A stretch of DNA of 63,057 nucleotides, counting the filler, from Octopus bimaculoides (Eukaryota): assembly GCF_001194135.2 (NCBI RefSeq). It is 4 parts of 3 records of this genome, joined end to end, with 100 filler letters (N's around TTAATTAATTAA, not from the genome) between each part and the next. Parts side by side here need not be neighbours in the genome. Positions count along the whole stretch, not along the records: positions 19,385 to 44,407 come from NC_068994.1; 3 more parts are not named here. One strand, written 5' to 3'. Below are positions 24,630 through 37,055 of the stretch, in pieces. A program made the translations under genes and the position numbers. Every line of letters begins with the position of its first letter. Within the stretch, counting starts at the first letter, position 1. The notes under the pieces are model-generated. The model searched no databases and was not told the origin of the DNA. It worked only from the letters and a program-made list of their open reading frames with translations.

Positions 24630-24820
24630 TTAAACATGGCTGTTCTGTAGGAATGGACATTACTGCTTATTTTAACCCCAGGAGGATGCATCCTCCAGCT
24701 GATTATTCAATGCATTATGCACCCTGTATAGTATTGTAGGTAGGGGAGTGAACTCCTGCCATTATCCAGTCACGAGACCACCAGACCAAACACTTTCGAC
24801 CTCTTTGTGGTCATATCTCA
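24630..24820. mobile_element. Single arm of the foldback element seen at 27055-27577
   Basis: CTGTTCTGTAGGAA..ACATTACTGC..TTTTAACCCCAGGAGGATGC shared with 27140-27300. Confidence 0.75.
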
Positions 24821-24846
24821 GTGGCAGATACTTGTCTGTTAGAGAT

Positions 24847-25182
24847 GCTTTCTTTATTAAGATAATGATTATCTAACACAGAGGGAACAAACAGATAAAA
24901 GTTAATGTGAGTTCAAATGAAACTTAATTTTAAAATTTTGATGATTATACTTATTATTATATTATATATATTTTTTTAATTTTTAGCCAGGGGAGGATTC
25001 ACTCTGATGGGCGAAAAGCCCAGCGACTACACCTTTATCTTTCTCTATGGAGATTAAGCCGGGTCACTTTCACCCACCTTTCTTACCACAGCCTTCCATC
25101 TTTTTTCAAACACACCTCGCGACAGTCGTCTCCTCTCCAACCCTATCTTGCTCTTCAGGTAATATCTGAAAAAAGTGAGCAA
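24847..25182 (-). mobile_element. 5'-truncated Tx1-clade LINE (ORF2 C-terminus + 3' UTR)
   Basis: LAHFFRYYLKSKIGLERRRLSRGVFEKRWKAVVRK*, then hairpin GGGCTTTTCGCCC and AATAAAGAA tail; flanked by TTGTCTGTTAGAGAT. Confidence 0.75.
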
Positions 25183-25198
25183 GTTGTCTGTTAGAGAT

Positions 25199-26967
25199 TA
25201 ATTCTTTATTACAGGCACAAGGCCTAATTACAGAGGGGACATACAAAGACATGCGGGAACATAAAACATATGAAGGATGAATGTGAAATGAATATATTTA
25301 CAATGCAAATGAGTCAGCCATCTTGCTCCCGCTGCGAGAGAAAACCATGTATTCTTTTAGCACGACCTTTAGTCTTGCTCCGAGGCGAAACTGCGACTTC
25401 CCTCTTCGCTTTTGCCCTACCATTATAAACCTTTTAAACCAATGTTCATACAGTCCTTACTTATTTCTTTTCCTTTTTTTAAAAAAAACAAAAGAGACCC
25501 AAATGTTTATCACATTGTTCAAAATAATTTAGGAAACCTGTTCATTTAACAATTTCAAATTTTACAGTATTTTTTCCATTTTTTTTTTTCATAAAAAGTT
25601 CAAACAATCATTTCTCTCAGTTACAGTCTTTACAAAATTATAATGACTTACCACTTAATTCTTTCAAGTGGGGGCTTCCTATCTCACTATAATTTTTCTT
25701 TTCGTTTGTGCTTTTCATGTTGTCTCCTTTTGCTCCTATTTTCCTGCTGTTTTATGTGTCCTTGCATTTCCGTCTCTAAGTCTGTGTGTTCGTATATTTG
25801 TGTGTTTGTATGTTCTTGTATTTGTGTGTCTGTGTGTTTGGTTGACTACATCTCTACGTGTTTCGTCTGTGTGTCTGTCTTTAGGTTTCCGTAATTCTGG
25901 GTTTTCTCGTTTCTGGTCTGAATGACTCTGTACTTTTAATTCCTTTGCTGGTACTTCCTCTGGTAAATTTTCTCCTTTGAATTTCTTCTTCCATTCCTTT
26001 GCACATCTTCACTTCCACTGTCGTCGGTGACTTCCTTCTCTCTTTTTTCCTGGGTTTTACCTCTGACAAATTCCCATCATATTCGGTTCTCTGCTTCTGC
26101 TTTTTTTCCACCACTATATCTTCCTGTACACTCTCTTCCACCATTTCTACTGTTGCTCTAGGGCATTTCCTTCTCAGGTGCCCTCTTTCACTGCATCTAA
26201 CATTTTGGGGGTCTCCCCTCCAACATTACTTCCAGCTTTTCACCGTTTGGTAATTCCACAGTTTCCGCCATTTTGTCATAATATACTGGGGTTACTGCGC
26301 AAATTACTTCAATGCCATATCCCCAACAATTCTGCTTTCTATGCAAATGTTCAGGTTTTCACTTCCCTTCACCAGCTCTGAATTAAATATTGCAACTATT
26401 ACCCATTCTGGGTCTATCAACGGTGGGATTCTTCCCACCCTGACCCTTATGATTCTTTTGCCCAAACAATTCAGCACCAACGTCCATTTCTCTCCCAGTA
26501 TCAGTCTGTTATCATTCATTTTCGCCTCCTCTTCTGATGCAAAGGTGACTATTATAGTTGCGTATTTCCTTCCTCTTGTAAAGAAGGTTATTCCTTCACC
26601 CATTTGTTCCTTCAATATTTCCTCTATCTCTTCCTGCGGCGCACGTTCTATTTTCCTATTTTCATTTGAAAATGTTCTGAATATCACCGTTCTGCTTTCC
26701 ATTTTTCTTTTCTCCTCCTCTGGCAGGGTCATTTTTATGTTTGACCCTTCTTTTTTTATCATGCTATAATATTTTGCTATCTTCTCTTCATTCCACTCCA
26801 TCCTCTTCGGCTTCAGCACATGTGGGTCTATAGCCTCTCGACCTCCAGTAGCTTCCGCGTAACTCTTCTTTTCTTCCATTATTCACTTCCACCCAGTGAT
26901 GGTGGCTTCACACAAAATTTCACTCAGTATTCTTCAAAAAACAACAAAAACTGAGTCTGGTAGAGAT
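25199..26967 (-). mobile_element. ORF1-only (HAL1-like or internally deleted) Tx1-clade element
   Basis: ORF1 starts at 26879 (KSYAEA..RRM-like..LGKRIIRVRVGRIPP), knuckle remnant EGRP..RCSERGHLRRKCP, basic tail ending at 25881; about 680 bp to the AATAAAGAA tail with no APE/RT; 16-bp TSD. Confidence 0.8.
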
Positions 26968-27054
26968 GTTGTCTGTTAGAGATAGCAATAGTTCACTCTA
27001 GCTCTCACTATATAGAAAACAAGTGACACACAGTCAATGATCTTGCAACAAACA

Positions 27055-27577
27055 AATTAGCTACTTAAGAAAATCTCTATAAGAGGTAAAAAACAGTAAT
27101 TATACTGAGAAATAATTTTCATCGCTACTTAAATATGTCTGTTCTGTAGGAACTGACATTACTGCTATTTTTAACCCCAGGAGGATGCCTCCTTCAGCTG
27201 GTTATTTGATGCAATCTGCACCTGATATATATTGCAAGCAGGGGAGTAAACCTCTACCATCTTCCAGCCATAAGACCATCAGATTGTTTGATCTGGTGGT
27301 CTGTTATAGAGATTCTTATAGAGATGACCACAAAGAGGTCAGAACTGTATGGTCTGGTGGTCTTGTGGCTAGAAGATGGTAGGGATTCACTCCCCTGCTT
27401 GCAATATATAGGGTGCAGACTGCATTGAATAACCAGCTGGTAGGGGCATCCTCTTTAGGTTAAAATAAGCAGTAACGTCAGTTCTTACAGAATAGTCATG
27501 CTTAAGTAGTGATAAAAATTATTTCTCAGTATATTACTGCTTTCTCCTCTTACAGAGATTTTCTTAAGTAGATAATT
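27055..27577. mobile_element. Foldback/MITE with about 240-bp inverted arms
   Basis: CTACTTAAGAAAATCTCT.. versus ..AGAGATTTTCTTAAGTAG; arms pair along most of their length. Confidence 0.9.
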
Positions 27578-27917
27578 AGCTTGTATTTAATTAACTTTTA
27601 CAACGGAGGGCTTTTTAAAAATTAACACAGAAATATAAAAATATACTGTTATAACAGAGATGGCATATGAACCAATGAATTTTTTTTTTGACTTGTCAGA
27701 AATAACAGCTTAGCCTCCCTTAAATACTACCCTACTGTATTTAGGAAGACAGGACGCATTATATAATATATTTCCAAATAAACTTTGTTTGAAATAAAGG
27801 ATGGGATACTTTTGTTTTTATGCCTGTCTGTAAGAAATTCATGTTGCAGAATTCTCAAAGTAAACTAATTTTGTCAATGATTAAACTTTTATGCATTTTT
27901 ATTTTATATATCTTCAG

Positions 27918-27989
27918 TTTATTAATCAATTGTCAGCAATCAGAAGACACGTCTTTAAGATGATCACAACAACTTACCCAAAATGGTCT
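27918..27989 (+). CDS. Candidate exon FINQLSAIRRHVFKMITTTYPKWS, possibly the ENO4 exon before 38942
   Basis: tatcttcag acceptor, gtaagt donor, 72 nt phase 0-0, compatible with the next exon; homology weak. Confidence 0.4.
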
Positions 27990-28379
27990 GTAAGTATTTT
28001 CCTTTTCATTTTATGTTTTGTTTTACTTCCATTTTCTTACAAAAGCATGAGTAAGAAGGGTTTTTTTTTTCATTTTTCAAATTTTCTTATTTTTGCTTGT
28101 GAAAAATTTGCTTATTACTGGAGTTTTACAGCAGCAGGGTGCTACTACTTCTCACCACAATTCAACAAAGTGTGATTTTTTTTATGGCCAAATACTCAAG
28201 CATAATATGCTACTTGGAAAATAAAGTATTATTTTACATGACTAAAATTAAAAGATAATGTTTGTGCTGAAACCTTCTGCTTTGTATTTCATCACTTTAT
28301 TCTATATTCAAAGGAAATATTCACACACTCACACACTCACACACATACATAAGCACAAACATGCACACATAGAGATTTT

Positions 28380-28417
<38 letters not shown>

Positions 28418-29289
28418 GGTTAAAATGTCTTACAGTTAAGCTGGTTCCTATGTATTTCCCTGAAGAGAAGATTACATCCTTATCAACATCACCTATTCCT
28501 ATGGAAGGTATAATTTGTAATCTTCGAAACATATGTTGGAAATAAAAGAATTCATTTAACATATGTGTTTTACTCTACTAAATTTATATATTTACTCAAG
28601 TACCCAAAATAACAAGGAGTTTCTACCTCATAAACAGGAGTTACACCACAGTCATTTTGTGATCTTTGCTACCTTGGTATCTATTAACCAATTTATTTTG
28701 TCTGAGTTAATTATTAACTTAGAGAAAATAAATACATATAATAAAATATATATATATATATATATATTGTATGTTTGACTAAAAATAAATTGGCCTGTAT
28801 GTGAGCTGGTGCAGAGAGTAGTTTTTGCTTATAATAAGAGGAATTACTGTAATAAGAAGAATCATTAAACATCTTCCTGAGGTTTGTTGTTTTGTCCTTT
28901 TTTCTAAATATTAACAGGAATCTGAGTTCTAATTTATAATAAGTCTTAGTCGGCCTTTGCATAATGGAGGTGATTACTGCTGATGTTGTTTAGTTCTGGA
29001 TCAGCTCTGAATGAGCAGAAAGATCTATGACTAAAAATATCACATCTGTGACCATCTGGTATTTATTTATTTTTTTGCTTTGTTTTAGATGTAGTGCACT
29101 TTGAACTGTATTATCTAATGTATGCTTCCTTTGTTTAAGATAGTAAGGTATAATTTAATGGGGATATGGCTGCAATTTCTAGTAGGGTGAGCAACTACAT
29201 ACAAACATCCTAGTTGGCTTGTTTCAGTACACCATCATCTATCTCCCAGGTTAGCCCTAAGATTGAGGAGACAGAAAACTGCAGTGTCT

Positions 29290-29800
29290 CACGAGTGTAG
29301 GACAACCCATTCCTCCAGGACAAAACCCCCTAGAAAAAATTCTGTGGACAAAACATCCTAGAACAAAAGACGAGCAATTTTTAAATGATAATATTTATTC
29401 TTGTTATTTGTAGTTTATGAACACTTCTCAGATGTAAAATATCACATCAATTATGTAATAACCCCAATCACAAAAATTATCATAATCAAAAGAACATCAT
29501 ACTCTATCTTTGAAAAATTAAAACAACACAGTATTGAAAACCTCATTAAGTGTTGAAGTTCATTTAATGTTCATTTTACTATATACAACCTGATGCTGTG
29601 CCCTACACCATTCAGAAATTCCTCCATGGTCTTCCTCTCATTCACATAGCCTGGAGATGGGGTCTGTCTTGGTGGTGGTGGTGGTGGGTTTCATGTCTCA
29701 CATCATGTGTTTCACTGGTGAGGCTCAATATCTATATAATCCACAGATTAAGCACATTGTTACCCTTTTCAAGGAGAACAATGATGAGTTTATAGAGATT
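29290..29800 (-). mobile_element. Possible MULE-type transposase remnant with subterminal repeats
   Basis: ..YVNERKTMEEFLNGVGHSIRL resembles MULE C-termini; GGACAA(A)ACCC repeats at 29298-29360. Confidence 0.3.
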
Positions 29801-29983
29801 CAGTTAATGGCAAATGATAATTATGATGCTATGATAACCAATTGGGTTAAGGTAGTAAATTATTAATCTAAAAAGATGAAACATTCCAATTTCAATATTG
29901 GTTTCATTTGACTAGTGATGAGGACCACTTGTAGATGAAAGGTGTGGTTGATAGAGTAAGTGTCAGTAAATGTTTTTGTGAAT

Positions 29984-30211
29984 TTAACCCTTTAGCATTT
30001 AATCCAGCCATATTCAACCCAAATATTCTACCTGCTTTATGGTAAAACTGACCAGATCCAACTTCTGACACCTACCCTATGATATAATTCTAGAAATATA
30101 CAAACATACAACTGAAATCTTGAAGTTACAAGATAATGTGTGATTAATTCAAAACAATGTGAATAAATGAGCAATACCTTTGACAGAATAATGTGAATGC
30201 TAAAGAACTAA
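29984..30211. mobile_element. piggyBac-like MITE
   Basis: TTAACCCTTTAGCATT..AATGCTAAAGAACTAA: TTAA-bounded imperfect TIRs. Confidence 0.6.
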
Positions 30212-31188
30212 ACCATTAAGCATCAACCTGCCTGAAACTGTCTTCTAGTAAAATACTGAAATTTAAAATAAAATCTAGGCTTGACATTTTCATTATTACA
30301 TGAAAGATATATGTCATTATGTAAAAATTTTTATTTAATCTGTTGCTTCACTGAATATCCCATAATTGCTAATCATTTTGGAAATTAAGGCACAAAGGCA
30401 GAATGTATTGTGGCTAAGAATATGATTACAAAATGATGAAAGGAAATTATTTTTCATGGGGTTTGAGATGAAAATGTAGAGAAATGATATTAAATACTAT
30501 TAGAATTTTAGTCTGACATTCTACTGTTTCTAGAACTTTCCACCATATTTCAACACTTCACTTTGATTTCTCATGTAATTTCAAGGCCTGTTAACAAGGA
30601 CAATCTTTGTAAAGATCTTTAAACTTTTGCTTGTCCAAAGCATTTTCATAAGTTTGTCCTAAATGTCCACACTTGTTTTCAGACTTTTAGTTACCTTTCA
30701 TTTCATATGATGTGGAAGATGTAAAACTTTCCTTTTATAAGTCCCAAGTTTCTCTGGTTGTTGGTAAAAATTGAGAATGTGTTTCAAATATGATGCATAG
30801 ATACCAAGGTAGTATGTCCCGTATATGATACAAAGAACAGGTAAAGGGTTAATCTGGTAAAAAATACGAAAGATTCTCGTACCCAAAAGTGTCCCTGGGA
30901 GTTGATGCTAAAATCACAAGGGCTCCCTTATCATTCACTGCTAAACATTCTCAAATGATATAATACATATTGATTGCAGATAGGTGAAATTGATGAGAAT
31001 GATGTGTGATATTTCTATCATTTCTGATGTCTGTGTGGTTAAAGAGTTCACTTAGCATTCACATGATTCTAGGTTCAGTCCAACTACATAGTACTTTGGG
31101 CAAGTGTCTTGGGTACTATGGTCTCAGATTGACCAATACCTTGTGAGTTGAATTTGGTTGATGGAAACTCAATAGAAACTCATCTTAT

Positions 31189-31242
<54 letters not shown>

Positions 31243-31659
31243 TATTTCTGTGTTTGTGTCTGCGTTTATGTTTACCAGAGTAAAAACCAGTAATTTGTAA
31301 GAATGGTAATTTAATAATTTGATAAATATAGATTGATAAAATAAGTGTCAGGTTGAAGTAAGTACCAGGGTCAATACAACAGACTAAAAGAGTGCCTCAG
31401 CATGTGAACATTTCAATGACTGAAACCAGAAAAAGAATATACAATGGTTGAACTGAGAATACAAATTTTGGTTGGGATTTGATCTTTTTGATAGCTTAAT
31501 TGTATGCTATACAACTACGCTAAAGCTGACCATATTTGGTCAATTTTACTTTAGCTTTAGGTCTGCCTGTGCTGCTTAGCACATTGGGCTAGGGCTAAGT
31601 TTAGCGTTAGGGATGATAAGCTTGCTTCACTGGGTTTGGTCACCTGCTACCCTTGCACA

Positions 31660-32335
31660 TCATCATCATTGTTTACCATCTGCTTTCCATGCTGTCATGG
31701 GTTCAACGATTTGACATGGAGCTAGGAGCTGTCCAGACTCCAATTGTCTGTTGTGGTATGGGTTCTATGGCTGGAGGTCCTTCCTAATGCCAACCACTTA
31801 ACAGAGTGTGCTGGGTGCTTTTTACATGCCACTCGCACAGATGCATATACACAGTTGTGTTTATGCAGCACCAGCATGGGTACTTTTTTATGTGGCGCCT
31901 GAAAAGGCAGGCCTGTAGGTGTGGAAGACAGCGATTTTACTTAGCTTGACACATCTTATCAAATACAGCAAATCACCATATCTCCCAGTCCCTTGTCATT
32001 TCCTCAGTGAGGCTCAGCATCCAAAGATCCTTTCTCACCACTTCATCCCATGTCTTCCTAGGTCTACCCTTTCCATAGGTTCCCTCCACAATTAAAGCTT
32101 GGCACTTCTTTATGCAGCTTTCCTCATCCATATGCATCACAACCCTAACCAAACCAGCACAGTCTTCTGTCTTGCACATATCTGATGCCTCTTATACCCA
32201 GTTCTCCTCTTAAACAATTTACACTCTGCCATGCATGCACACTGACTTTACCCATCTAATGGAGCATGCTAGCTTCCTTTCTTTCAAGCCTTCACAAGTC
32301 CTCTGTAGTCAAAGCCCATATTTCACTGCTGTTTC
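31660..32335 (-). mobile_element. RTE LINE 3' part with ORF C-terminus
   Basis: VMHMDEESCIKKCQALIVEGTYGKGRPRKTWDEVVRKDL..LTEEMTRD, followed by the family 3' UTR and (TGA)n tail. Confidence 0.85.
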
Positions 32336-32406
32336 AGTCATCTCGACCAGAAATCTCTTCTTATTCCAGCTCTTAACATTAATTGTTCTATAAGGTGTAC
32401 AGTCTG

Positions 32407-32790
32407 TGGAGGCGCAATGGCCCAGTGGTTAGGGCAGCAGACTCGCGGTCATAGGATCGCGGTTTCGATTCTCAGACCAAGCGTCGTGAGTGTTTATTGA
32501 GCGAAAACACCTAAAGCTCCACTAGGCTCTGGCAGGGGATAGTGGCGAACCCTGCTGTACTCTTCCACCACAACTTTCTCACACTCTTACTTCCTGTTTC
32601 TGTTGTGCCTGTAATTCAAAGGGTCAGCCTTGTCACACTGTGTCACGCTGAATCTCTCCGAGAACTACGTCAAGGGTACACGTGTCTGTGGAGTGCTCAG
32701 CCACTTGCACATTAATTTCACGAGCAGGCTGTTCCGATGATTGGATCAATTGGAACCCTCGACGTCGTAAGCGATGGAGTGCCAACAACA
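32407..32790 (+). mobile_element. OR-type tRNA SINE, full length
   Basis: Near-identical to 23356-23740; TSD AAGGTG(T/C)ACAG. Confidence 0.92.
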
Positions 32791-33547
32791 AAGGTGCACA
32801 GAGGTTGCAATTTGGTCATATTGCAGCTAATATTAGGCATTATTCTGTGTCATTAAAACAAATACACCCTCACCGTGACCATTAACACCACCATCTCTAA
32901 CAACAACTGTCACCGCCACTGCCACCACCACTACCACCAACACCACCACCATCACCAACAACAACAACACCTCCAAAATTAGCTCCAAACTGAAAAAGTA
33001 ACAGCTTCTTCTTATATAGTACCCACCATCCAACAGGATATAATTTCCCTGCTCCTCCGTCTGATTTATATAGGTAAAGGGTTGAGAGTTGAGAGATAAA
33101 AAGAGTTTAGCTTAATCAGCATGTTAATGAATTGGGTTTTGCCTTTTAGTTTCACTCCTTGAATACCTTTTTTTTTAATGTATTTCTTCATCCTTTGCAC
33201 TCACTAAAACACTTTATGTCTGTGTTTAATGTGAGGTGAGCAGTTAACTGCTTTTACCCACCTCAACCTGTAATGTGTTAAATAGGTTGGCTGGCTGGCT
33301 TGCTGGCTGGCTGGCTGGTATACACCAGACATAAAGCATGCAGATGTGGTGGTGGTGGTGTTGTTATCGTTGTTGCTGTTTTGCTTTTGGTAGGGTGTGA
33401 GTTTGAGTGTAGCAGAGCAGTGATGTTGGTAGTGGTTTTGTTTCTGTTTGGTCTCAAAACTTTCTGTATAGATTTCTTGGTGTCTACTAACACATTCTGC
33501 TTTCATCATCCCCCCTCTCTCTCTCTTTCTCTCTCTTTTTTGCATTA

Positions 33548-33583
<36 letters not shown>

Positions 33584-33669
33584 TCCATTTCTTGTCTCTT
33601 TGTTCTGAACAGTATGACATTTCAACAGTGTCTAATGTGCAATGTTACCTGTGGAAAGTCTTTTAAAGG

Positions 33670-33678
33670 TGGCGTTTT

Positions 33679-33718
<40 letters not shown>

Positions 33719-33936
33719 TACATTTTCCTTCCTTCTTTTCGTTATCTCTTTCTTCCTTTCTTTGTCCCTTTTCTTTCTTTCTTCCTTTCTTTCTTTCTTC
33801 CTTTCTTTTTCTTTCTTCCTTTCTTTTTCTTTCTTTCTTTCTTTCTTTCTTTTACTTAGTTGTTATTTCCCCTCCTGTCAGACATCTGTTTATCTGCTGA
33901 CTTCTACCTTCTTGAANNNNNNNNNNNNNNNNNNTT

Positions 33937-33976
<40 letters not shown>

Positions 33977-34170
33977 TACATTTTCCTTCCTTCTTTTCGT
34001 TATCTCTTTCTTCCTTTCTTTGTCCCTTTTCTTTCTTTCTTCCTTTCTTTCTTTCTTCCTTTCTTTTTCTTTCTTCCTTTCTTTTTCTTTCTTTCTTTCT
34101 TTCTTTCTTTTACTTAGTTGTTATTTCCCCTCCTGTCAGACATCTGTTTATCTGCTGACTTCTACCTTCT
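33670..34170. repeat. (CTTT)n-rich block, duplicated across a gap
   Basis: About 240 bp identical on both sides of the N-run at 33917-33933; probable assembly artefact. Confidence 0.85.
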
Positions 34171-34196
34171 TGAAGTTTCACTTGTTTTATCATCAT

Positions 34197-34237
<41 letters not shown>

Positions 34238-34764
34238 ACACACATGCATATGTGAGTGTGTGTACACGCAAACATACACACACACTCACACACATTCATA
34301 CACAGACATACAAACACATACTCATTAAGTGTGTGTATAATATTTCCAATGGCACTTCAAGCACCTTGGGATACATCTCTAAAAATATCTTCGATCTTTT
34401 TTGAAGTAGATACCTTTCGAAATTAAGACCAGTTTTGTCAGTTCTATTCTGAATTTTCAGTTTTCATAACCAGGCATGGGTTTGTGGTCGATTCTATACC
34501 TTGAACAAGTTTCTTCTACCATAGCCTTGGGTTGAGGAAACCTCTAATTCAGGGGTCAACCAAGTGGTTAATAATAATCTCTGAAGGTTTATGTGGTTAT
34601 CAAAGGGGCTCGATATTCTGACTATGATGGTCATTCCCATCGATTTCAACATATGAGTGTTTAAAGGAGAGGATTTAAAAAGAAAGAGAGAGAGAGGGAG
34701 AGAAAGAAAAGCAACTTTAAAAATATTAGAAGTTCTATCTATGGATCTTTCTGAATTGACGCGC

Positions 34765-35120
34765 CATAACCTCACTCATAACCCTAACCCCCTATAACTC
34801 ATAACTCCAACCCTAACCCTAACTCTAAAACTTGAACCCTAATCCTAAAACCCTAAACCCTTACTAGGGAATAACGATCTTGACACTGGCAAAAATTATT
34901 GTTTACAAAAACAACAGTAACTGTATTCAGCTGAATAGATGTCAGTGATTGTTTGAAATTACAGAAATACAACAACTTTAACATGAAATAACTTATTAAG
35001 AATAAATTCTTGTTAAGAAGGCTAAGAGAAAAAGTTGTTTTATATGACACATTCTACCAGTATCCCAAGTTTGAAAGTGTTTCGTTAAGAAAACAAGTGG
35101 TTCCCGTCAATTCAGAAAGA
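34765..35120. mobile_element. CCCTAA-containing repeat, same family as 18489-18885
   Basis: Degenerate (CCCTAA)n plus shared body CAGCTGAATAGA(C/T)GTCAGTG..GAAATTAC..AAGTTTGAAAGTGTTTCG. Confidence 0.6.
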
Positions 35121-36161
35121 TCCCTATCTATTTGTGATAGATGCATGAAAGTAATTTGAGTTTAGGTATGGATTTTGAGATGAAGTCACAATGGGAACAC
35201 TGATAATTTTGATTTTTGCCTGGGATTTGGCAAATGTATCCGTTGATTGCAGGATATAATTCTTTTATTGTTCTTTTTCTTCAACTCAAATTGATTTGAT
35301 GCATCATGACACATTTTACGCTATACAGATCGATGTAAGCAATGACTTTGCCAAAATGTCAAAATAAGCTGCAGAGAATATAGTGATTGCTTCAACGTCT
35401 CCTTATTTTGACGATATCAATATAATGACAAAATTTTTATTGTTCTGTCTCAGGACGAATTATTGAACGCTGATCTCGAGACACTGAGCCATATGAAGGA
35501 GATGACAAGGGACCAAGAAAGTTAGCATCACAGCAAGATATCTGGCAATCCATCCACCTCAGTAGAATTGATACCGGTTAAAAGCACTGGTGGTGGTGCT
35601 ACTTAAAAAGCACCCAATACACCCTGTGGAGTGGTTGGTGTTAGGAAGGGCATCCAACCATATAAACTTTGCCAGACCAGAGAATTGAGCCCGATGCAAC
35701 CCCCAGCCTTACCAGCTCCTGTCAAACCGTCCAACCCATACCAGCATGGAAAATGGACGTTAAATGACGATGATGATCATGATCATGATGATGATTTCTT
35801 ACCAAAAATCAGTAATGACTCAAATGGATGAAGGAATTATCATTTTAAATCCAGAAATTTGTTATTAATCATAAACTGTTATTTTAGAAATTTACATGAT
35901 AAGGCTTAACGAGTTATCAATGATTCCATGAAGGAGAGATATAAAATGTTTGCTGACCCCTGTTCTAGTTGATATTGGGGGAGGTGGGGACAAAAACTAT
36001 GCGGAAGTCATCTAACAATAGACTGTACTTGTTTGTTCATGGATAGTAAATTTAATACATCATTTGTTTTAACACCACCGCTTAGTTATGAAAACATTTC
36101 AACCAAGTCTGCAGTCTGAAGTTAACTCAGTCTTTTGATGAACTATTACATAATTACTGCG

Positions 36162-36545
36162 TGGAGGCGCAATGGCCCAGTGGTTAGAGCAGCGGACTCG
36201 GGGTCATAGGATCACGGTTTCGATTCCCAGACCGGGCGTTGTGAGTGTTTATTGAGCGAAAACACCTAAAGCTCCACGAGGCTCTGGTAGGGGATGGTGG
36301 CGAACCCTGCTGTACTCTTTCACCACAACTTTCTCTCACTCTTTCTTCCTGTTTCTGTTGTGCCTGTAATTCAAAGGGTCAGCCTTGTCACACTGTGTCA
36401 CGCTGAATATCCCCGAGAACTACGTTAAGGGTACATGTGTCTGTGGAGTGCTCAGCCACTTACACATTAATTTCATGAGCAGGCTGTTCCGTTGGTTGGA
36501 TCAACTGGAACCCTCGATGTCGTAAGCGACGGAGTGCCAACAACA
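36162..36545 (+). mobile_element. OR-type tRNA SINE, full length
   Basis: 13-bp TSD ACATAATTACTGC on both sides. Confidence 0.93.
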
Positions 36546-36664
36546 ACATAATTACTGCAGTAACCAAATGTTGTAGCTTCTTCCTTCTTCCTCTCACCAA
36601 TCTTGAAATTTGCAGAAAGAATCTGAGAGTACTGCCCTTCCCGCTCTGACTGACTCATATATAT

Positions 36665-37055
36665 GTCTTTATCTTATTTTAGTCACTTGACTGCAGCCAT
36701 ACTGGGGCACCACCTTAAAGGGTTTTAGTTGAACAAATCAACCGTTAGACTTATCTTTTTAAGCCTAGTATATATTCTATCAATCTCTTTTGCTGAACAT
36801 CTAGGTTACGTGTACATAAATACACAAGCACTGGTTGTCAAGCGGTGGTAGGGGATAAACACAGGCACAAAGAGTCACACGCGTAGATATATATAGATAT
36901 GTATGCGACAGGCTTTTTACAGTTTCCATCTACCAAATCCACACACAAGGTTTTGGTTGGCCCAAGGCTGTAGCAGAAGATATTTGCCTAAAGTGCCATG
37001 CAGTGGGACTGAACCCTGAACAATTTGGTTTGGAAACAAGCTTCTTACCACACAC
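36665..37055 (-). mobile_element. tRNA SINE of the AGGAGTGGCTGTGTGG family, degenerate
   Basis: Homologous to 62655-63026. Confidence 0.7.

Noticed and set aside
28436-28507. 72-nt phase 1-1 exon candidate (KLVPMYFPEEKIT..), and a similar candidate near 35450-35520
   Set aside because: Phases are incompatible with the ENO4 chain and I see no homology to ENO4 or TEP1.
33670-34170. Exact direct duplications across gaps (also 58958-59722)
   Set aside because: Overlapping contig ends that were not merged are the simplest explanation.
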